64,000 bases of DNA from an uncultured bacterium (GCA_963844965.1 CAWJQC010000007.1:256001-320000), one strand, 5' to 3'. Positions 27,297 through 36,860 are shown, numbered from the stretch's first letter. Notes: generated from the sequence alone by a model not told the origin. Numbers and translations: made by a program.

Positions 27297-27463
27297 GGGA
27301 CATCCTCTTTTCGTTTTGAGTCGGTCGTAAGCAATCAGAAATTCAAAACTATCTCTCTACCCCTCGTGCCGGCCAGGTCTGCCTGTCGGTAGGCGGGCAC
27401 AGAATTGAGGTTGTTATACTCGTATGGTATGTTTAATTCATATAAATTAAACCCCATACATAC

Positions 27464-27865
27464 ATGCTTAAAGAGTTCAAACAGTTTTTGCTTCGGGGAA
27501 ATGTCGTTGATCTGGCGGTCGGAGTCGTCGTCGGCGCGGCTTTTGGCACGGTCGTTACCGCTCTTGTTTCGGACCTCCTAACCCCGTTCATCGCGGCCAT
27601 CATCAAGGTACCGGATTTTAGCGGCCTTGCGTTTACGATCAACGGCAGTAAGTTCATGTACGGCCATCTTATAAACGCCGTCATCTCGTTCATGCTTGTC
27701 GCGGCCGCCATTTTTTTCTTCGTGGTCAAACCGATAAATGTGCTCATCGCCCGATCCCGCAAAGAGCCTCCGGCGGATCCCACCACGAAAAAATGCAAAG
27801 AATGTCTGAGTGAGATCCCTATTGAAGCCAAACGCTGTTCGCACTGCGCGCAGTTGGTTGTCTAA
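27464..27865 (+). CDS. mscL: Large-conductance mechanosensitive channel
   Basis: MLKEFKQFLLRGNVVDLAVGVVVGAAFG N-terminus is the MscL signature; 133 aa. Confidence 0.85.
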   Translation: MLKEFKQFLLRGNVVDLAVGVVVGAAFGTVVTALVSDLLTPFIAAIIKVPDFSGLAFTINGSKFMYGHLINAVISFMLVAAAIFFFVVKPINVLIARSRKEPPADPTTKKCKECLSEIPIEAKRCSHCAQLVV

Positions 27866-28012
27866 ATAAGAACCTGAAATTTTTTCTCCGCCCTTCGCGC
27901 CGAAACAAGCGGCGCTCGCGCTGGGAAGGGAACTTGAACTTCTGAATCCAGCGTAGCGCGATAGGCTCATAGGCCGGGACTTTGTGTTCCGGCTTTTTTA
28001 TATTGCGCAGCC

Positions 28013-29137
28013 CTAATCTATTGTCTGTGTTTCTAAAGGCGGCTCCGTTTGGCTTTGGACGACATCAAACCTCAGCTGGCCGATGACGCCGCCGTCCGGC
28101 GTTTCCACGTTCACGCGCCACTCACCGGGTGTTACATATGATATCGTAGAGAAGGTCCGGTAGCCGCGCTCGTTTCCGCCGACGACGGAGAGCGCAATGC
28201 GGCTGCGGGTTGACCAGATGCCTTTCGCCTGGTCGTAGTACTGCCACTCGTGGACGATATCCGTGTTCAGAGCGGTCGGAGAGAACACGGCAGTATAGGC
28301 GTAAAGCGCGTCGCCCGCGACAATATGCGTCGTTTGATCCCAGTTGAGGAGACCGAACAGATCAAAGCCGTGCTTTTCGCTGGTCACCGTGTAATTGCCG
28401 GGTCCGTTCGCGACGAGAGAGTGATAGACAGCCCCGTCTTCCAAAGAAAGCGGCAGGGGCGGAATGAGATTCAGGAAGTAAAGCGTGTTCACCCCTGCGA
28501 GGATGAATACTATCGCGGCGACGGCCAGACGTCTGCTTCTTGCCGTGAAATTTTCGCGCAAGATGATGCGGAAGATGAAGAAGAGGACGCGGATAGCCGC
28601 CACGCTAACAACACCGCTCAAGATAAATATCCAGGGACCGATCCTGTGGAGTAGGATTGGCACGAGGTATATCGCGAAAGCATAATAGGCGAGGAAGAGC
28701 AGTGAGATCTGGAAGGAAATGCGGGCGTAGTGGCGCTTGAGCGATTCGTTGGCCACGAAGGCGGCCGCGAGGAGCAGAAGGAACGGCCAGCTCGCGGTTA
28801 TCGCGGAGCTGCGGAAATAAAAAACCAGGTATGTTGAGAGAATGCCGCCGAAAAAGAATTGCATCACGTTCACGAGCCAGAAGCGCAGCTTCTGCGGGTT
28901 TGCCTCGGGGCGCACGCCGCTCTCGTCGGCAGTATCGTCCAAAATATTTAGCCAAATGGCGCAGACGGTGACGATGGTTAGGTGCGCGACGACCCAGAAA
29001 TTTTCCCAGAACATGTCCACGCGGTGTAGCGTCAGGGCGTCAAAGACGAATCCGCCTATGAGCGAAAAGGAAGAGAGCGGCCGTTCGTAGCGTCCGTACC
29101 AGCTCCTTGCGCGCGCAAAAATGGATCCAGCCGACAT
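28013..29137 (-). CDS. Polytopic membrane protein with a C-terminal extracytoplasmic domain, hypothetical
   Basis: 374 aa with about 8 TM segments followed by a ~130-aa soluble domain. Confidence 0.4.
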   Translation of the reverse strand: MSAGSIFARARSWYGRYERPLSSFSLIGGFVFDALTLHRVDMFWENFWVVAHLTIVTVCAIWLNILDDTADESGVRPEANPQKLRFWLVNVMQFFFGGILSTYLVFYFRSSAITASWPFLLLLAAAFVANESLKRHYARISFQISLLFLAYYAFAIYLVPILLHRIGPWIFILSGVVSVAAIRVLFFIFRIILRENFTARSRRLAVAAIVFILAGVNTLYFLNLIPPLPLSLEDGAVYHSLVANGPGNYTVTSEKHGFDLFGLLNWDQTTHIVAGDALYAYTAVFSPTALNTDIVHEWQYYDQAKGIWSTRSRIALSVVGGNERGYRTFSTISYVTPGEWRVNVETPDGGVIGQLRFDVVQSQTEPPLETQTID

Positions 29138-29208
29138 TGCAATTTGTATTTTAACATTATTCGGAGATATGATTAATGGTGGTGAAATAAATTAATACAT
29201 AAAAACAA

Positions 29209-29667
29209 ATGCGTAAATTTTATTGGAGCGAGGAATACGCCGTTGGTATCAGGATATTGGACGAACAACACAGACGCTTTTTTGAGATTGCGGACAAAAT
29301 TATAGATCTAGAGTCAAAACAGAATACTACCATGGACGAATTGCTCGCCGTCGCCGAACAGAATGCTACCAGGAACAAATTGCTCGCCGCTGCCAAGGAG
29401 CTTGAAGCGCATGCCGCGGGTCACCTGAAAACCGAGGAGGATTATTTTGACTCCCTTAATTATCCGAGCGCCCAACTTCACGTTGAGGCCCATAATTTGT
29501 TCCGGAAGAGAGTTGATAATTTTCTCGCGATGATAGCGGACGAGAATATCCATGGCGAAGATATCGCCGAAGAAATGGCTTCCTACTGCATTTTCTGGCT
29601 ATCCGACCACATCTTGCTCATGGATAAAAAGTACACCGTGTTTTTCAGGGAACACGGCCTTAAATGA
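29209..29667 (+). CDS. Bacteriohemerythrin (hemerythrin-like metal-binding protein)
   Basis: FYWSEEYAVGIRILDEQHRRFF N-terminus and spaced His/Glu/Asp ligands typical of the hemerythrin HHE domain. Confidence 0.7.
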   Translation: MRKFYWSEEYAVGIRILDEQHRRFFEIADKIIDLESKQNTTMDELLAVAEQNATRNKLLAAAKELEAHAAGHLKTEEDYFDSLNYPSAQLHVEAHNLFRKRVDNFLAMIADENIHGEDIAEEMASYCIFWLSDHILLMDKKYTVFFREHGLK

Positions 29668-29757
29668 CTTTCTGCCGCCTGATGCCGGCTGGAAATAAAA
29701 ATTTCACCGAAAGTTCACGAACTTAGTTGGTTAATTAAAATGAGGTTTAAGAATTAA

Positions 29758-30372
29758 ATGCCCAAGCAGACATCGCCGGTAAAAATAAAAATCATTGTCG
29801 GCAGCACGCGCGAGGGCCGCTTCAGCGAGAAGCCGGCTCGTTGGATTTTTGAAGAAGCGAAAAAGAAAAACGATGTTGACGCCGAACTTCTGGACCTGCG
29901 CGACTACCCGATGCCTTTCTTTAACGATCCTGTGTCTCCCTCAATGAATAAGGGGAATTATTCAAATGAGGTCGTCGCCGCGTGGGCGAGGAAGATCGCC
30001 GAAGCGGACGCCTACATTATCGTTACGCCTGAGTATAATCACGGCTACCCAGCCGTGCTCAAGAACGCCATGGATTTTGTGTATTATGAATGGAACAGGA
30101 AACCCATTGGTTTCGTGAGCTACGGCGGCGTCGGCGGAGCGCGTTCCGTGGAACAGCTCCGGCAAGTTGCGATTGAGCTCCAAATGGCGCCCGTGAGGAA
30201 CGCCATCCATATTCCGTGGCAGGTTTATATGACGATTGTGAACGAGAAGGGGATGGTGAAACCGGAACTTTTTGAGCCGCTCAAAGATTCAAAAGACAAC
30301 TTTCTGAATCAGCTTGTTTGGTGGGCCAAGGCGCTGAAAACAGCGCGTGAAGAAGACGGTAATAGGTTATAG
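29758..30372 (+). CDS. NAD(P)H-dependent FMN reductase family flavoprotein
   Basis: KIKIIVGSTREGRFSEKPARW flavodoxin-like N-terminus; 204 aa. Confidence 0.6.
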   Translation: MPKQTSPVKIKIIVGSTREGRFSEKPARWIFEEAKKKNDVDAELLDLRDYPMPFFNDPVSPSMNKGNYSNEVVAAWARKIAEADAYIIVTPEYNHGYPAVLKNAMDFVYYEWNRKPIGFVSYGGVGGARSVEQLRQVAIELQMAPVRNAIHIPWQVYMTIVNEKGMVKPELFEPLKDSKDNFLNQLVWWAKALKTAREEDGNRL

Positions 30373-31326
30373 ATCGCGGCCGTAACCGCGCACCATCCCG
30401 CCTCTGGTTTCCTGCCGATATGCTCCTAGATGTGAGCCGCGCCCGGGCAGGAAATTGAATGTTCCTGAAGCCGAACCGCGCGTGTGGCGGCTATAGCCGC
30501 TGATGCCGACGCCGATTCTCCAGCTCCTTCCTCTCGTGACAAAATATCTGCTGGTTCCGGACGGAGCCGCGGCCACGCTCGTGCGCGTGACGGTGAAGCT
30601 CTCGCCGTCGCCTCCCAAGGACGATGGCGAAGCCAATATCTGTCCGTTTCCGTTCGTCATTGAAAGTGGCTGTGCTCCGGAGCCCGCGATTGTTACCGTG
30701 TTTCCGTTCATGACGGCGGTGCCGCCCGCGAACGAAACCGAGCCGAAGTTATCCAGGGGAACGAGACCGCTGGCGCTACTCGGCATTTCTTCTATCCACT
30801 CGGCGGAAGAATGCGAAGACGCGTACTCAACGGAAGTTTGATAGGTTTGGTTGGTCGTGTTGTCCTTGAAAGAAATTTGCCAGTTATTGGAAGATACCTC
30901 GGTTAAAGAAACGGTAACGGAGTCCCCGGCGGAAATTGTCAAAGGAATTTGCGCCGTTGCCTGCGGCAATATTTCGTACCATGCTTCATAGGTAACGCCG
31001 CCAGAGCCGTTCGTTACCGCTTGTGTCCCAACCTGTATCAGGTCGCTTTTCGTGACCCCGCCTATCCCGACCCAGGTGACGTCGGCCTCAGTAGAACTTG
31101 CGGCGGCGACGGTTGGAACTATCCACGTGCTGCCGACCGAAGTGAAGGTTCCCTCGTCGGCAACGTAGCCGGCCCAGTTGAGCGAGGTGTTCGCGCCGGA
31201 CGGCGAATTGACCGCCGGATTGCCGATGGAATTCACCGCCACGGAACGATGTGCCGGAGAAAAGAACGAGAACGGAAGAGAAATTGTGAAAACGCCGATA
31301 GCGAATAGCTTTTTTAATTGCAACAT
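30367..31326 (-). CDS. Secreted peptidase G1 (eqolisin/scytalidoglutamic peptidase)-like protein
   Basis: Signal peptide; SLNWAGYV matches the mature-N-terminal SxNWAG(A/Y)V motif of peptidase family G1; Thr/Ser/Gly-rich beta-sandwich-like composition. Confidence 0.5.
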   Translation of the reverse strand: MLQLKKLFAIGVFTISLPFSFFSPAHRSVAVNSIGNPAVNSPSGANTSLNWAGYVADEGTFTSVGSTWIVPTVAAASSTEADVTWVGIGGVTKSDLIQVGTQAVTNGSGGVTYEAWYEILPQATAQIPLTISAGDSVTVSLTEVSSNNWQISFKDNTTNQTYQTSVEYASSHSSAEWIEEMPSSASGLVPLDNFGSVSFAGGTAVMNGNTVTIAGSGAQPLSMTNGNGQILASPSSLGGDGESFTVTRTSVAAAPSGTSRYFVTRGRSWRIGVGISGYSRHTRGSASGTFNFLPGRGSHLGAYRQETRGGMVRGYGRDL

Positions 31327-31570
31327 TTTGGTTTATAATTACTGTTAATAATATGTGGAATAGTCGGCTTTCGTTACTCGCGCGCCGGTTTACCCAAAGT
31401 GAACGAACCGGCTTTGCGCTACCTGAACTACGATGCACCGGCCGATTATGGTGCGTTTTTGACGAAAAGGCGGAGATGCACCAAAAGATCTCATGAAATC
31501 GTATCAATATTGTATGCGCAAAGCGCCAACAACGTTGTAAAGGTCGCTTGTTTATTAATTCATAAAAACA

Positions 31571-31927
31571 GTGTTCAATAAAATGGAGGAGCAAAAACCG
31601 CAGGGACATCCGGAAGGATGCCGTTGTTTTCAGTGTAGGTGTGGAACCGATTGCAAGTGCGGTCACGGTTGGCATGGTCACAGACACTTCCTGCTCAGGT
31701 TCCTTGTCGGCATCATCATTCTCGTCATCGTTTTCGCGGTTGGTGTGAAGCTAGGCGAACTTAAAAGCAGTTTCGGCCACGGACACTATAGTGGCGGAAG
31801 GCACTACATGATGCAGCCGTATGGCACGATGCCGCAGTTTTACTATTATGGGGGATACGGGCAAGCCTATCCGCCGATGATGCAGCGTGGAGTTGGTACG
31901 AGCACGAGTCCCGTTGCACCGAAATAG
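31571..31927 (+). CDS. Small Cys/His-rich membrane protein
   Basis: N-terminal CRCFQCRCGTDCKCGHGWHGHRH cluster, one TM segment, Gly/Tyr/Met-rich tail. Confidence 0.35.
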   Translation: MFNKMEEQKPQGHPEGCRCFQCRCGTDCKCGHGWHGHRHFLLRFLVGIIILVIVFAVGVKLGELKSSFGHGHYSGGRHYMMQPYGTMPQFYYYGGYGQAYPPMMQRGVGTSTSPVAPK

Positions 31928-31991
31928 CAATAGCGGCACCGCTGATCTGTTTTAACTGTAAAAAAGTCGGCACTTTTAAAGCGCCGGCTTT

Positions 31992-32585
31992 TTGGTTAGG
32001 ATTTTAGTTGTCATGCAGATGGTCGGATTTTTCCTCATATATTTAGTAGGTGCGGTTATCCTTTACCTGCTTCTTCGGCCGGTGACTCGCGGCGCGCCGT
32101 ATTTTACGACGAAGCCGGGGAGCGTGGACGCCATACTGCGCCTCGCTCACGCGGGACCGCACAATAAGGTCGCCGATCTCGGTTCCGGCGACGGGCGCAT
32201 ATTGATCGCCTTTGCGGAGCGGGGAGTTGAGTCGCACGGTTTTGAGATCAACCCGCTTCTCGTTTGGCTCTCGCGCCGCAGGATAAGCAGAGCCGGTCTC
32301 GCGGGGAAAGCCTTCGTCCACTGGGAAAGTTTTTGGAAAGCGGATTTAAGCGGGTTTGACATTGTCGTCGTTTACGGCATCACGCATATCATGAAAAAAC
32401 TGGAGGAAAAATTAGAGAAGGAACTCAAGCCGGGCGCAGAAAGTAATTTCCAACATTTACCGATTCCCCGGGTTGAGGTGCGTTGCGGAAGAGGGAAGGG
32501 TGTATTTATATCAGAAATAGCCGGCTACCATTTTTATTTACAAATCCATTATAATTTTACATATGAAGCACCTCATTTCGCTTAA
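31992..32585 (+). CDS. Membrane-anchored class I SAM-dependent methyltransferase
   Basis: N-terminal TM segment, then VADLGSGDGRIL glycine-rich SAM-binding motif I. Confidence 0.5.
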   Translation: MVRILVVMQMVGFFLIYLVGAVILYLLLRPVTRGAPYFTTKPGSVDAILRLAHAGPHNKVADLGSGDGRILIAFAERGVESHGFEINPLLVWLSRRRISRAGLAGKAFVHWESFWKADLSGFDIVVVYGITHIMKKLEEKLEKELKPGAESNFQHLPIPRVEVRCGRGKGVFISEIAGYHFYLQIHYNFTYEAPHFA

Positions 32586-33606
32586 AGAGCAGTCGCGCGA
32601 GGATATTCTTCAGATTTTGGAACTGGCGCGGAAGCTCAAGGAAAAGCGCGCGAAAGGCGAACTTACCGAATATCTCAAGGACAAGACGCTCATAATGCTT
32701 TTCCAAAAGACGTCCACGCGGACGAGGCTTTCGTTCGAGGCGGCGATGACGGAACTCGGCGGGCATGCCATATTTCTGGACGCGCGGACTTCCCAGCTTG
32801 GCCTTGCCGACTTCGGCGACGAAATTCGCGCCATCATGCGTTTCGGGCAGGTTCTCATGTTCCGCGCGCTCAAAGTCGCGGACGTGCTCACAGCCGCTTC
32901 ATTCAATCAGATTCCGGTGATTGACGCCTGCAGCGAAAAATATCATCCGGCACAATCGCTCGGCGATATGCTAACGATGATTGAACACAGCTCCCCGCGT
33001 CATCCTGAGCGCAGCGAAGGATCTCCATGCTCCCCAGCGGAATTTGCCGAGGGATTAAAAAATATCAAAAAAGTCGTCTGGCTCGGAATTGAAAATAATG
33101 TTTCAAATACCCTGAAGCTTGTTTGCGTGAAGCTTGGCGTCAGGTTTGTGATCGCCGCGCCGGAAGTGGACGCGGCGAGCGTTGATGAGGAGTTGAACAG
33201 AATGGCCGAGGCCACCGGACTTATTTCACGGACGCTGAATCTGAAAGAAGCTCTCGCCGGAGCGGATTATGTTCACACCGATACCTGGCTCAACATGGAG
33301 TTTTTCGACACGACGGTGTCGACCCTGAGCGAAGTCGAACGGGTTCATGGAAGCCGCGTGAAGCCGCAATTCGCGGAAGAATTGGAACGCAGGAAGAAAA
33401 TTTTCATGCCTTACCAGCTGAATGCCAAGCTGATTGATACCTATGCCCCGAAGGCGAAGATAATGCATTGTCTTCCCGCGCACGTCGGCTATGAAATTTC
33501 CCGCGATGCCATTGACCACAAGAATTCCGTTATTTTTGACCAAGCCGAGAACCGCCTGCACATCCAAAAAGCCGTAATTATGTGGCTCTTGGGGAAGGGG
33601 ACATAG
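32563..33606 (+). CDS. Ornithine carbamoyltransferase-like (ATCase/OTCase family) protein with an unusual ~20-aa insertion
   Basis: STRTR carbamoyl-phosphate motif, HPAQ, HCLPA; the usual GDGNNV is replaced by IENNV after an SPRHPERSEGSPCSPAEFAEG insertion. Confidence 0.6.
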   Translation: MKHLISLKEQSREDILQILELARKLKEKRAKGELTEYLKDKTLIMLFQKTSTRTRLSFEAAMTELGGHAIFLDARTSQLGLADFGDEIRAIMRFGQVLMFRALKVADVLTAASFNQIPVIDACSEKYHPAQSLGDMLTMIEHSSPRHPERSEGSPCSPAEFAEGLKNIKKVVWLGIENNVSNTLKLVCVKLGVRFVIAAPEVDAASVDEELNRMAEATGLISRTLNLKEALAGADYVHTDTWLNMEFFDTTVSTLSEVERVHGSRVKPQFAEELERRKKIFMPYQLNAKLIDTYAPKAKIMHCLPAHVGYEISRDAIDHKNSVIFDQAENRLHIQKAVIMWLLGKGT

Positions 33607-33729
33607 TTTGCTATTTTGTCTGAAAAATAGGCCCTGACTCAAAGTCGAGGTTTTTATTTGTTGTCGGCGGGACATTTTGGATTTTTCCAGTAGTAAATGC
33701 TAAACTAAATCTACAACTTAATATGCCTA

Positions 33730-33906
33730 AACCGCCGAAATTTCGGTAACATGGCGTAAAAATCCCATCCCTGATACTAAGCTCCTCGCTTAGCTACTCA
33801 GGGATGGGTCGCGTCTCGAAAGAGGCGTGGGTAACCGAAAGGTTGCCATGCTAGCGGGGAGCTTCGTGTTTTCCGTTAGCGGCATAGATTAAAACCCATC
33901 CCTGCT
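33730..33906 (+). promoter_or_regulatory. Highly structured 5' leader upstream of the DNA methyltransferase gene
   Basis: Nested hairpins (cccatccctga...tcagggatggg; GAAA-looped stems cgtctcgaaagaggcg and ggtaaccgaaaggttgcc); a second cccatccctg copy overlaps the start codon region. Confidence 0.4.
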
Positions 33907-35505
33907 ATGCCCAACAAGCTTTACTTCGGAGATAATCTTGATATCCTCCGCGACAAAATCGCCGACAATTCGGTTGATTTGATTTACCTTGACCCACCGT
34001 TCAACTCCAATCGCAACTACAACGTACTTTTTAAAGAGGGATTGCAGGATAGTCCAGCACAAGTTCAAGCATTTGAGGATAGCTGGCACTGGACGCGCGA
34101 AGCGCAGGCGACTTTTGAGGAACTAATGGGTGTGCGGCCATCAAAGACAAAAATCAACGCCGACATCGTTAATTTAGCGCAGGCGTTAGAGAAGCTAGTC
34201 GGCCATAACGATATGCTGGCTTATCTCACAATGATGACGATTCGCTTAATCGAACTAAGGCGTGTTCTGAAGCCAACCGGAAGTATTTACCTTCATTGCG
34301 ACCCAACCGCCAGCCATTATTTGAAAGTTGTGTTGGACACCGTTTTTGGGAAACAAAATTTTTTGAATGAAGTCATTTGGAGATACGAAGGACCTCAATC
34401 GCCAAGCTTAATTAAATTTGCGACGAAGCACGATATCGTTCTTCGTTATGCGAGTGATATAAAATCTTGCAAAGCCGTCGAATTATATTATTTTGAAAAG
34501 ATATCAGTTGAAGATGCAAATTTTAAGCAGGATGAGAATGGGCGTTATTTCTATACTCTACCCAAAGGAGACTATACCGAAGAAAGCATAAAAAGATTAG
34601 AACAAGAAGGTCGTATATTCAGGACCTCTAAGGGAACAGTGCGTATAAAGTATTTTGTAGAAAAAACTTCGGATGGGAACTTTTTGCGTAAAAAGAAAAT
34701 ACCAGACGTTTGGGACGACATACCTTCGCTTGGGCTTACTGCCCAATCGAAAGAAGTTCTTGGTTATCCGACCCAAAAACCCGAAGCACTTTTGGAAAGA
34801 ATAATCAGAGCATCTTCAAAAGAAGGCGACTTAGTTCTTGACCCATTCTGCGGTTGTGGCACGACGGTCTCCGTCGCTGAGCGGCTAAAAAGGAATTGGG
34901 TTGGTATTGATATTACGATGCTTGCTATTAATTTGATTCGCCATCGCCTCGCGAAACAATATCCGAACATAGAAATTTTAGTGGATGGCAGGCCAAAAGA
35001 TATTCCCGCAGCCGGGGCGCTTTTCAAAAAAGACCCGTTTGAATTTGAATACTGGGCACTGGATTTAGTTGACGCTGTTCCTGCTCAAAGCAAAACCAAA
35101 GAAAATATGCGTGGCGCAGACAAGGGGATTGACGGCGTGATTAACTTTGTCAGAGACATAAAAAATGGCGAGCAAGTTTACGGTAAGTTGGTTGTTCAGG
35201 TGAAGGGTGGTGCGGTTCACCGCGACCAAATTGCTACGCTTAAGGGTGATATAGAGCGTGAGCGGGCCGACGGCGGAATTTTTGTGACGCTCGAGAAGCC
35301 AACCCAGCCAATGAAAGAAGAGGCAGTAAGCACCGGAAGTTATAAGGTGGGTTTTGGCAAAGGAGAATACCCGAAAATTCAGATAGTAACCATAGAGGAT
35401 TTATTAGATAATAAGAAGCCTGAAGTTCCTATTGCCGCCCTGCCTTATTATAAAGAGGCCAAAGTTGCTAAATCCGAAAACAGGTCAAAAAAATTAGGAA
35501 TATAG
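33907..35505 (+). CDS. Site-specific DNA methyltransferase (N6-adenine/N4-cytosine, beta class), orphan
   Basis: Motif IV LIYLDPPFNS precedes motif I DPFCGCGTT; 532 aa with an extra C-terminal domain; no cognate endonuclease adjacent. Confidence 0.75.
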   Translation: MPNKLYFGDNLDILRDKIADNSVDLIYLDPPFNSNRNYNVLFKEGLQDSPAQVQAFEDSWHWTREAQATFEELMGVRPSKTKINADIVNLAQALEKLVGHNDMLAYLTMMTIRLIELRRVLKPTGSIYLHCDPTASHYLKVVLDTVFGKQNFLNEVIWRYEGPQSPSLIKFATKHDIVLRYASDIKSCKAVELYYFEKISVEDANFKQDENGRYFYTLPKGDYTEESIKRLEQEGRIFRTSKGTVRIKYFVEKTSDGNFLRKKKIPDVWDDIPSLGLTAQSKEVLGYPTQKPEALLERIIRASSKEGDLVLDPFCGCGTTVSVAERLKRNWVGIDITMLAINLIRHRLAKQYPNIEILVDGRPKDIPAAGALFKKDPFEFEYWALDLVDAVPAQSKTKENMRGADKGIDGVINFVRDIKNGEQVYGKLVVQVKGGAVHRDQIATLKGDIERERADGGIFVTLEKPTQPMKEEAVSTGSYKVGFGKGEYPKIQIVTIEDLLDNKKPEVPIAALPYYKEAKVAKSENRSKKLGI

Positions 35506-35607
35506 GCGGTACTTGACACCGTTATCCACTCGTATATACTTAAACTATTCCAAAGACCGCAGGGCATCCGCCGATGAGGCGGCATAGGACCCGCGATAGG
35601 AATCGTT

Positions 35608-35697
35608 GGAGTAATCGCTAATAATGCGAATATCGGCAAATAATGCAAATAAAATTCGCATTATTTGAAAAAGATTAGCATTATTCGCGGACACTCC
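35608..35697. repeat. GCGAAT-type repeat-array hairpin element, copy B
   Basis: ggagtaatcgctaataatgcgaat...attcgcattattcgcggacactcc; same architecture and ends as copies A and C. Confidence 0.7.
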
Positions 35698-35735
35698 TCG
35701 ATGGCGGCCTTTGGAGAAAAGGTCGTTTTTTATTC

Positions 35736-35820
35736 CTTACGAAAATACGAAAACATACGAAATTACGAAAAAGAGGTTTGAGCCCTTTCGTACGTTCGTA
35801 CAATTTCGTACTTTCGTAAG
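35736..35820. repeat. TACGAAA-type repeat-array hairpin element
   Basis: Four direct TACGAAA-like units, loop, four inverted TTTCGTA units with matching 4-6-4 spacing; directly upstream of rplJ. Confidence 0.65.
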
Positions 35821-35828
35821 AGTTAGCG

Positions 35829-36353
35829 ATGAAATCGCGAACGCAAAAACAGGAAGAGTTAAAAAGGGGGAAAGAGCTTTTAGACAAGTCGCAAGTTTTG
35901 GTTTTCACGGACTTCACCAAAGTCAAAGCCGAGGACTTGCGGCGGATGCGGCGCGAACTCAATAAGGTGGGAGCGAATTTTCTTGTCATCAAGAAGCGGC
36001 TCTTGGCGCTGCTTCTCAAGGAGCGGAAGGTGGACTTTGACACGAAGCAGTTCAAGTTGTCCATCGGCACAATTTTTTCGGAAGGGGACATGGAAAAAAT
36101 CAGCGGGCCGGTCTATAAGTTCTTCTCGGCATTGGAAATTTCCGAGGGCAAGGAGAAAGACATGTGGATAAAGCATATTCTCGGCGGTTATGATCTCAAG
36201 AATAAAAACTTGATAGACGCGCTGGAGGTCGTTACCATCGGCAAACTGCCGCCGCGCGAAGTGCTTCTCGGCCAGCTGTTGGGCACGCTCGTCGCGCCGC
36301 TAAGGTCGTTCATGTATATCTTGAGCGAGAAATCCAAAGTAGCGGCAAAATAA
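35829..36353 (+). CDS. rplJ: 50S ribosomal protein L10
   Basis: L10 family N-terminus and position immediately upstream of rplL. Confidence 0.8.
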   Translation: MKSRTQKQEELKRGKELLDKSQVLVFTDFTKVKAEDLRRMRRELNKVGANFLVIKKRLLALLLKERKVDFDTKQFKLSIGTIFSEGDMEKISGPVYKFFSALEISEGKEKDMWIKHILGGYDLKNKNLIDALEVVTIGKLPPREVLLGQLLGTLVAPLRSFMYILSEKSKVAAK

Positions 36354-36427
36354 TAAGTCTCCAGATGTGAGAAGCTGCATAGCCCCGTTTGGTGTGGGGG
36401 AAAGGTCGTAAGAATCAAAGACAACAT

Positions 36428-36793
36428 AACATGGCAAAATTTGACGAATTAATATCTAAAATAGAAAAATTAACCGTGAGCGAGCTCGCGGAACTGGTGA
36501 AAGAACTTGAAACAAAGTTTGGCATTACGGCCGCCGCTCCGGTCGCGGCTGGCGGAGCAGCGGCCGCTCCCGCGGAAGAGAAAACGAGTTTCAGCGTTCT
36601 TCTCAAAGCCGCCGGAGCGCAGAAGCTCAACGTCATCAAAGCGGTCCGCGAAGTGACAACGCTTGGCCTTAAGGAAGCGAAAGATTTGGTTGAAGGCGCG
36701 CCGAAAATGGTGAAAGAGAACGTCAAGAAAGAGGAAGCGGACGAAGCAAAAAAGAAACTGGAAGCCGCAGGCGCAACCGTGGAGATTCAATAG
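36428..36793 (+). CDS. rplL: 50S ribosomal protein L7/L12
   Basis: [31 protein letters not shown], Ala-rich hinge, and C-terminal domain ending EAAGATVEI. Confidence 0.9.
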   Translation, partial: NMAKFDELISKIEKLTVSELAELVKELETKFGITAAAPVAAGGAAAAPAEEKTSFSVLLKAAGAQKLNVIKAVREVTTLGLKEAKDLVEGAPKMVKENVKKEEADEAKKKLEAAGATVEIQ

Positions 36794-36827
36794 AAGGTGG
36801 AAGTCACAGACACAATTTTGGGATTCA

Positions 36828-36860
36828 ATGGAGATAGACCCCGACCTTGCGTCGGGGTCT
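36828..36860 (+). terminator. Rho-independent terminator after rplL
   Basis: gaccccgac cttgc gtcggggtc hairpin followed by taaggttttt. Confidence 0.6.

Noticed and set aside
27420-27463. Partial palindrome gtatggtatgtttaatt...aattaaaccccatacatac upstream of mscL
   Set aside because: Imperfect and short; probably just an AT-rich promoter region
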